DNA of 64,000 bases from Mayamaea pseudoterrestris. Its lineage: Eukaryota. The stretch is taken from contig BROI01000005.1 in NCBI GenBank assembly GCA_027923505.1, positions 744,001 to 808,000 on the forward strand. Reading direction: 5' to 3'. Every line of letters starts with the position of its first letter. Within the stretch, counting starts at the first letter, position 1. Both the position numbers and the translations under genes were made by a program. Positions 56,609 through 64,000 of the stretch are shown in pieces. The notes beneath the pieces are model-generated. The model saw only the letters and a program-made list of their open reading frames with translations. It did not search any database and was not told where the DNA came from.

Positions 56609-59268
56609 TTAAATGAGTGGCGTCGTTGCTTGTGCACTTCTGGAACGACCCGTCAAAATGCCAGAGCTCTGTCGGACCAAGTCGGTCGGGTCCTCGCCCG
56701 GACTGCTCGCAGACTTGCGGCTCGGTCGCCAGGGAATATTCTTGCGGGCCAGCATGCCGTGCAGCACCAGTGCGGCAATGGCCATGCCAAAGGCAGCGAG
56801 TGCGGTAACGATCAAACCAGCCTTGAGGCCCTTTCGCATCACTCGCGATTGAATGGCAATCTCCTTCTTCCAGGAGCTTGGGTTCCAGGAAGTGGAAGGG
56901 TCAAGGACAACCTCACCGTCCTCGTCGTAGGTATTGTATCGGATCGATTCAATGTACGAGCAGACAGAGTCTTCGTTCAGATACTGCTCCTCGGATTGGT
57001 ACATGAGCAGCCAGCTGTCGTCGACAGTGCCACCATTGGCATTGTAGGCGTAATTGTTGCTGTAGGTTGTGGATGGACTGAGATTCTTGTTGCATTTGCC
57101 GGAGAATTGGTACAGCATGGAGCACATTGGTTCAACGCCATCTTCAGCGCCGTCAATTTCTTCGTCCTCGTACCACTTTTCAGTGAGCTGGAATCAAGAG
57201 AGAAAGTATATCGCGTGTGAGTCATCTGAATAAGGCAGAGCAACAAATAGGACAAAAGAGTTGCGCCATAACTTATACGTACCTCGTCGTAGGCGCATGA
57301 GATGCACTCGTTGGGGATAAAGTTGAACTCTCCACCTTCCATGGGATCGTACCCAAGAACGGCTTCCAAAGGAACGCCAGATGCATAGCTGGAGCAGTAC
57401 TCGTCCGTGTAGACGGCTAAACTAATGACGTCTCCGTCACAGTGAGGTCCAACGTAGAAACTGTAGGATCCGTCATCGTTGGCGTAGCTTGCATACTTGG
57501 AGGCGGTGGCATCGTCTTGCTTGTCGTCGTTGAGGTTGCCGTCAAAATCAACGGCCGTACAGGAAAGATAGTCAGTAATGGTCGCTCGCTCCTGAGCTTG
57601 CTCGGCTTCCTCGTACATGGTTTCGTAGTAGGCGCTGTTGTATTGGTCCAAAAAGTCTTGGTATTCCTCTTGGTTGAGCAACTGCATACACGAAAAGAAC
57701 TGGTTGTAGCACGAGCTTGACGAGTCGTATGCGCAGCTCTGAAGCTCCTCGCCTTGTTGTAGGTAATCGTCCCAGCCCTCTGGCAAGGCAAAGCCGTATG
57801 CATCCTCGTCCCACTCGGTCAAAGCGGCCTCATCCTCGAGACTATGAAACACATTGTCGTAGCCGATGAAACCCCACTCCGGAACAAACACTTCGTTGCC
57901 GTACTCGTCCGTCTCGGTGTATCCATTAACAATCTTGTGACCGTACCAGGACCCCATGTTGGACCACGAGTTCATGTTGTTGTAAAACGTCGAGTACGTT
58001 TGCGCATCGTTTTGATCCTGATTATTGTTGTTATTATTGTTGGCGTAGTTGTTTCCGTTCTGCACTGTAAAGGAGTACCACATTTTCCACATTTCCTGGT
58101 TCTTGGTCGTGGTCGCCTCCTGCGTCTCCATGAGGGCCGCGTAGGCATCGGCGTCGTAGTACTTGCCCTTGTACCAACCACCATCGCCATTATTGCTTTG
58201 CTGGTTATCTTGGTACTGGTTGTAGGCCTGGGTGGCGTCGTCTCCAGATTGGCTTTGGTAGTTGTACTGGTTGTTGCCGTTGTAGCTACTGCTGTAGCTG
58301 CTGCCGTCGTTGTTGTTGTAGTAGTTCTTTTGGTTCTGGTTCTGGTAGTTATAACCGCCGTTGCCGCTTTGGCCGTAGTAGTTGTTATTGTAGGCGTTTC
58401 CGTAGACGTAGTTGTTGGCGTAATTGCCGCGAGTCAGCTTTTGGTAGTAGGCCTTTTGGGCGACAAGGTCGTCGTCGCCTGCTGCGGCAGCATCGTCTCC
58501 GTCTCCGTAGGCTCCGTAGTTGCCATTGGCGCTGTTGGCCTTGTAGTTCGAGGCAAAGGACTCGTAGGATGTTTGTGACGACTGAAGGACCATTTGATAC
58601 TTATATTGAAGCTCTGCGTAAAAGTTCTTGAAGGACTCCATCGAGGAACACTCTTGGCAATACTCGCAGTAGGAAGTGACTCGATCCTCTTGCAGCTGAA
58701 CCATGCTAACGAGAAAGTCATCCATTGAAACGACATATTCGCCATAGTTGGCGCTGCAGCCGTCAAAGGACTTGGAGTTGCACGAGTCTGATGGACAAAG
58801 GCGGAAGGTTGCCATGCGTTGTGTGCGCAATACACTTGAGCTGTCCCCATCCGCTGCCATCGTATCGTCGTATGCCTTGATTGCCGAGCAACCAGTGTAG
58901 TGAAACGAGTAGCTGCTAATGTCAAAGCCAAAGGCCTCAACGTTCATGTCGTCATTGAGGTCATAGTCTCCATCGTAACTGTACCATTGGTTGTACATGT
59001 TGTTTTCGTCGTCTCCGACTTCAGCGGCGTCAGCTGCTCCATCCTCTAGCTTACGTTTGCGCTGCACCCAAGGCGACTTCGGTTGCACCTCGGCGGCGAG
59101 TTTTCGCGACCGAAGCTGATCCTTCTTTCGTAGGCTGCGATTCTTCTTCGTGGCGGCAAAGGCCGCCTTGGACAAGGATCGAGGAATTCGCTTGCCAATT
59201 GCTTCCACATTTACGCTGCTTCCAAGCACCACTAACAGGGTGGCGACGGAGTAGATACCGAACTTCAT
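56609..59268 (-). CDS. Silicanin-family (Sin1-like) silica-deposition-vesicle membrane protein with a large N/Y/Q-rich insert (intron 57188-57282)
   Basis: Signal peptide, RKL motifs, YSFHYTGC...FRLCP...C...YGEYVV.M..F, YVGPHC...YTDEYC, CISC, C..LY..SGKC and VC.YI. One C-terminal TM with a cytosolic tail. Confidence 0.82.
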
Positions 59269-60192
59269 GGCTGCCGTCTTATTATTGTTGTCGTCAAGCT
59301 TGCTCAATGATAAAGAAAGACCGAGGCAAACTTTCGAATAAAAGTAAGCGACCGTGACAAAGCATGTGTGTTGCACGAGCCTTTCAGCGACCACGCGTAA
59401 CCGCTTGCTATCTTATGGATCTTTTTGTACTTACGGCGCATCTTGCAAGATTGTGTTCGCTGAAACGGACCGTGTCTAAGTGATTGACAAGGTTGGACCG
59501 TTGTCAACGCAGCCTGCGTCTATGTAATCTCTTGGGTGTGGTTGATGGCACGGGTCGCTTTTGGCGATAGCTGGTGACGAATCACGTGAATCTTTGAAAT
59601 ACGCCCAAAACTTCAATCGATATTGCCCCAACGCTTGATGATTCGCTTGATTCCCTGTTTTGGCGTTAATACATGTCATCTGACCGTTAAATGAGTATCA
59701 GTAAACCAATGAAATTGAATGACAGCGTCGTCGCGTTGTCATCTGTTGACGCAGGAAATATCACTCCGGAAGATTCGCTCGCTCATTGATTCGACTCCGC
59801 CATGGCCATGGCGCATCGTGCGGGAGCTGAGCGAAACACTCATGCGAGTATTTGGACTTCGAAACTGTGAGCATGCGCGATGGCATGCCTCGAAAAGCTC
59901 GAAGTAGACAAGCTCATTGGTTGTGTTGAACGAGACTCTCATTCTCACTTCACATTTCACTAACAGTAATGTCGAAGTAAGAAGTAAGTAACACTGTATA
60001 CTCTGAGAAAGTGGCGTTTCGTGTTTCGTTAAAGAGTAGCATGGTAATTGCAGCGCTCGTCAATCGAATCCCCTCGTTTTTGCCACATATTGTGTAATGC
60101 AACACATATACTAGTAAAAGTGTTTACTCTATGCTTTCGTTTTACGCGGTTTCGTGCCACATCCCCAGAAGCGCCCGTCGCTTCAAGCAGCA

Positions 60193-62017
60193 TCATGCCA
60201 TGACACCTGCCCTTGGCGACGGCTGACCACCCGTCTGCGAAGATTCGCCAAAGCTCATGCCGGTCCGATTGGCAAGAATTCCAGACCCGCCTCTTGTGAA
60301 AGAGTCACCGCGCGACATTCGACCTGCTTGTGACTTGCCGTCAAAATGATTGTAGTAACCCGAGACGGATGGAGGAACCCAAGGTGCGCGAATGACAAGT
60401 CTGCGATGTAGATTGGCAGCGTAGACAAACAATCCCAGTGATAACAATATGGAACCAACGAGTGCAACGATTTGAAATGTTGTAGCTTTGCGAACAAGCT
60501 TGACGTATTCACTGCCCTTGGTCCACCGATGATAGTCAAAATCTTCCAGCACAATCGGGTCTCCAAACTCGTCGTAGCTGTTGGTGACTAAGCTCTCAAT
60601 CATGCCACAAACTGCATCTTCATTGTCTAGCTGTTCCGTGGACTGATTGAGCATTTAAAGGGGCGAACAGTCGTCAGAACAAGGTGCGAACGTTGTGGAG
60701 AGCAAGCACCATGTCTACTGAATTGATTGCAAACCAGGCGCTCATAAACCACACCCACACATTGGTGAACACAAAACTTACCTCATAGGAATCTTTTCGG
60801 TCCACAAAGGCCTTTTGGCACTTGGCGGCCGGATCGTACAAGGCGTCGCAAAGCGAATACACCCTAGTGCCATTATCCGCAGCAAGTTGATTGTCAGTCA
60901 GCAAGCTAAACGCGTTGGAAGCTTGACAAGGAACGCACGATTTGCTGGTGTATGCATCCATGTCGGACGTTTGAATGTTCAAGTAGTTCTTAATGTTGGT
61001 GTTTTGCGTTTCGCCAAGAAACTTGTTGCAGTATTCGTCCGCGTAAAAGCCAATGTCAATGGTTCGTCCGTCAGATCGACAGTGCGGACCCAGAAAGCCA
61101 ACGTTACCGTTACTTCCAATGTTGAACTTTTGGCAGGTAAAGTATTGCTGAATGTCGGAGCGAGTGGGAGCGTTGGCGCAAGCGTTCTTGTAGCGCGAGC
61201 AGACGGATTCGTAGATGCAAGTGCCATTAGAACTTATGTAAAAGGGAGTGGCGGACGCGTCGTCGTTATTAGCAGTCTTGCGATTTCGTTGATTGTAGTT
61301 GTAAGCGTCATCGTCGGCAGCTACATCGTCCGCATAGTAGTCGTCGGCCGCACCATCGTCGGCGACATTGTCATTTGCGTTAGCAGCATCATCGCCATTT
61401 GCGACGTCATCATCGTGCGTCGCCCAGTAATCGCTGTAGCTCGCCCAGTCGTCTTGGCCATCATCATCGTTGTAGCTACTCTGCACATTTGACTTGTATG
61501 TCATGCATTGACTGCAGATGCGACAGTAGTAACCAAACTGTGACACATGGTGAAGATGCATGAGCTCCAAATACGTTTCCATTGGCACTAGATACTCCCC
61601 GTAGTTGTAGTTGCACCCCCACTTGTTGTAGGTGCTGCAGCTGGATGCTTCGCATAGACGAAAGACGACGAATTTGTCTAATCGAAAGGGTGATTCGCTT
61701 GAAACTGCTTGGTCGTCGCTCCAAGTGTGAACGTTCGAGCAACCAATGTATTTAAAGGCGTACTTGGTCAAATCAATGGTACTATAAGAGTCGATTGCAG
61801 CGTCATCGTCTTCATTACCAAGCCTTCGTCGTCGTATAGCTGCTTGAAAGAGACTTTGTTGCAGATTGTGTTGTGCCTTTCGTGTTGATTGAACGTCGTC
61901 CATGGCCGACACGAAATCACGAATTGGCAGCGCAACTGCGATAACATTATTTTGCAGCACTATCAACAAGAGGGTCTGTATCAGTATTGCAACTATAGCC
62001 TTGGAGATTTGTATCAT
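60193..62017 (-). CDS. Second silicanin-family protein, Asp-rich (intron 60643-60781)
   Basis: Signal peptide, RRRRL, YAFKYIGC...VVFRLC...C.YNYGEYLV.M..YL, FLGPHC...YADEYC, CVPC, C..LY..AAKC and VC.MI. One C-terminal TM. Confidence 0.82.
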
Positions 62018-62695
62018 GTTGACATGTAAAGTATATAGTAAGTATCAGAGTTTGGTCGATGGTTTTGTTGTCGTCCATCAAGCAAGAAGTCTCATTGCAA
62101 GCAACGGATTCGTTCGATGCACTATAGCCCTCTGTCGGTCCGGTACACGTCGGCAAGCGAGCCGGGCATGAAAACGCGCCGGCATGATGACGCGCCATTT
62201 TAGCTACCTCTGCTGTCGTTTGTCACCGTCGACGGACGAAAGGCAAGTCATCATTGGGTAAAGACAGTGATGGCAAGAAAAGATGGTACTACTTATACTG
62301 GTCTATCAGAAAGATAATAGTGCTGATACCCTCGACCGGGAGAGGTACAGGATGTGACAGCCAATCTTGGTTCGCTGGAGTAGACATTATTTACAATTAA
62401 CTATGTCGATCGTCAAGGATCTCAATGTGAATGAGTCATTGACCTGAAGCGCGGCAGAGGTTACCAATACAATTGTTACGTCGATTCGCATCGAAAGGCA
62501 TTTCGTTGCTGACCTCTATTCATCTGATGCGCTGGCGCTAAAGTGCAGCAAGGGATGCAATTTCGAAAGGCTTGCTAATCGTCCACTCCCGTAGTGCACT
62601 ACGCCTAGCAGTTAAAGCAAAGATTAAATTTATGTTTATTTTGTCCATTAATCTGCTGTCATTTTCTATATAATCATTTTCTGCTTTTGCAAAAG

Positions 62696-63157
62696 TTACT
62701 CCTTCATGCCCTTGGTCATATTTTCAATCATGAATTGAAAAATGACTTGCCATGATCCTCGGTCGTCGCGCGTCAACTTGTCGTCAAGGATCCCATCCAG
62801 TGCATACATGACGGCGCGCTCCATGATTGGAAAGTATTCCGGTTGAACACCATAGGCAATGTGTCGTTTGCCAAGATCGAGCAGCTCGTATTCAATTGGC
62901 TCAAGGTCCGGTCCGAGAAAGCTGACTGCCATGTCAAGCATATCCACCATGACCTTGGAGTGATGGCCAAACTTTGGATTCTCCGTAACAACTTCGGTAG
63001 CGTCAAAGCCAAACATTGTCCGGGCTTGTGGCTCAAGTGTAAAGAGGCGGGTCAAAATAGCTTCGCCGGCAACTTCCTCAAATTTGGGCGTGCGCTTGGC
63101 CTTGTCCCATGTGGTGGTGACGTTCATCACATCCGAGTAGCTTACATTGACAGTCAT
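62696..63157 (-). CDS. Single-domain globin
   Basis: TTWDK, LF.LEP.AR.MF (CD1 Phe), HSK.MV (E-helix His) and LGKRHIAYGV (proximal His F8). Confidence 0.9.
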   Translation of the reverse strand: MTVNVSYSDVMNVTTTWDKAKRTPKFEEVAGEAILTRLFTLEPQARTMFGFDATEVVTENPKFGHHSKVMVDMLDMAVSFLGPDLEPIEYELLDLGKRHIAYGVQPEYFPIMERAVMYALDGILDDKLTRDDRGSWQVIFQFMIENMTKGMKE

Positions 63158-63632
63158 GGTTGTCGTTGGTGTTCTTTGCTTGTTTGAATGACAGAGGCGA
63201 TGATGATGATCGATTGTCCGACGAGATTGTGAGGGGTGACTGCGACTGCTGGTGATCAATGATGTTGAGGATTGATGAGTGGCGACGCGCGCCAAGACGT
63301 CGCTGATTCCTCGGACATCTTAGGAGCCTTCTCTTTTCTTAAGTTCGGCCGACGAGACGTTGAAGTGCTCAAGGGCAATAATAAATTTGTCATTATGTCA
63401 CTGGATAGCAGTATCAATACTCCGAATGTCCATTGATATTCTCGACCCTTCGGATAGGCGTCTCGCGGGATTGATGTGCCAGCCGACGAAAGATCCACTT
63501 AAAATGTCTCAGCACCATTGATATCCACAAAAGAACATCTTCCATCCATCTGCATCGCACTGGCGGCAGTCCATCAATGGCTCCTTGGCGGCAGACTCGT
63601 CATTGCGCTTCTAGCAACGAGCCAACGCAAGC

Positions 63633-64000
63633 ATGAATTTCATGCCATATGATAAGGCTGATGGAACGAGTGAAATAACTAATTTTGATCCAAGCGCCAC
63701 TGATTGCGCCAGCCTCGGTGAACTCGTTCGATTCATGGCAGTCGAGCAACCCGTCTTGTCGTATGACGCCTACTACGAGTTGGGTGAAGAGGAGGACGAC
63801 TGGTTTGAAGGACCTTTTGAAGAGATTCAGCCGATCAATCCCTTGATAGCTCACGACAGAGTGCTGGTGGAACTGGAAGACGCTCCTGAAATATTACAAG
63901 CTGTGAAAGACTGCGGCTTCGCACTTTGCGATGCTCGAAAGAGCATTCGACTTCTTACGCAATATCCGCAAATTCTGCATGGTCCGCGACTTTTGGTCAT
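63633..64000 (+). CDS. Hypothetical protein, 5' part, truncated by the window end
   Basis: Open frame from ATG 63633 (MNFMPYDKADGT...EEEDDWFEGPF...) to the end of the window with no stop. It is absent from the ORF track because it is incomplete. Confidence 0.5.
   Translation, partial: MNFMPYDKADGTSEITNFDPSATDCASLGELVRFMAVEQPVLSYDAYYELGEEEDDWFEGPFEEIQPINPLIAHDRVLVELEDAPEILQAVKDCGFALCDARKSIRLLTQYPQILHGPRLLV

Noticed and set aside
57844..58578. 244-aa Val-rich ORF (likewise 60815..61492)
   Set aside because: It is the antisense shadow of the N/Y/D-rich silicanin inserts.
59400..60190. Longer intergenic stretches (also 13340-13950 and 62020-62690) as possible RNA genes or transposon remnants
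   Set aside because: No tRNA cloverleaf, snoRNA box pair, terminal repeats or transposase/RT motifs were recognisable by eye.

Overview
This is gene-dense eukaryotic nuclear DNA with short GT-AG introns, short intergenic spacers and many divergent gene pairs. Bipartite 'xAF/xAW' plastid-targeting leaders, two silicanin-family genes and a type-II LRR receptor-like gene indicate a diatom, probably pennate (the species cannot be determined). I can support about 36 protein-coding genes, most with splice sites read by hand. I found no rRNA, tRNA, CRISPR array or transposon. The most notable observations are: (1) a block of alanine aminotransferase, glycolate-oxidase-family enzyme and a second alanine aminotransferase, each with an upstream TGACGT(CA) element, next to BCAT and an FAD oxidoreductase; (2) a predicted plastid protein fusing thioredoxin (WCRAC), cyclic-nucleotide-binding and calmodulin-like EF-hand domains; (3) an unusually long intron, splitting an A20 zinc finger, that folds into a ~335-nt nested rod-like hairpin; (4) a PARP-like ART-RING-Deltex fusion near a J-domain/zf-PARP/BRCT gene; (5) a plastid-targeted prion-like Y/N/G/S/R protein with repeated motifs; (6) a tandem pair of divergent silicanins. 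All assignments come from motif recognition only; no searches were run.
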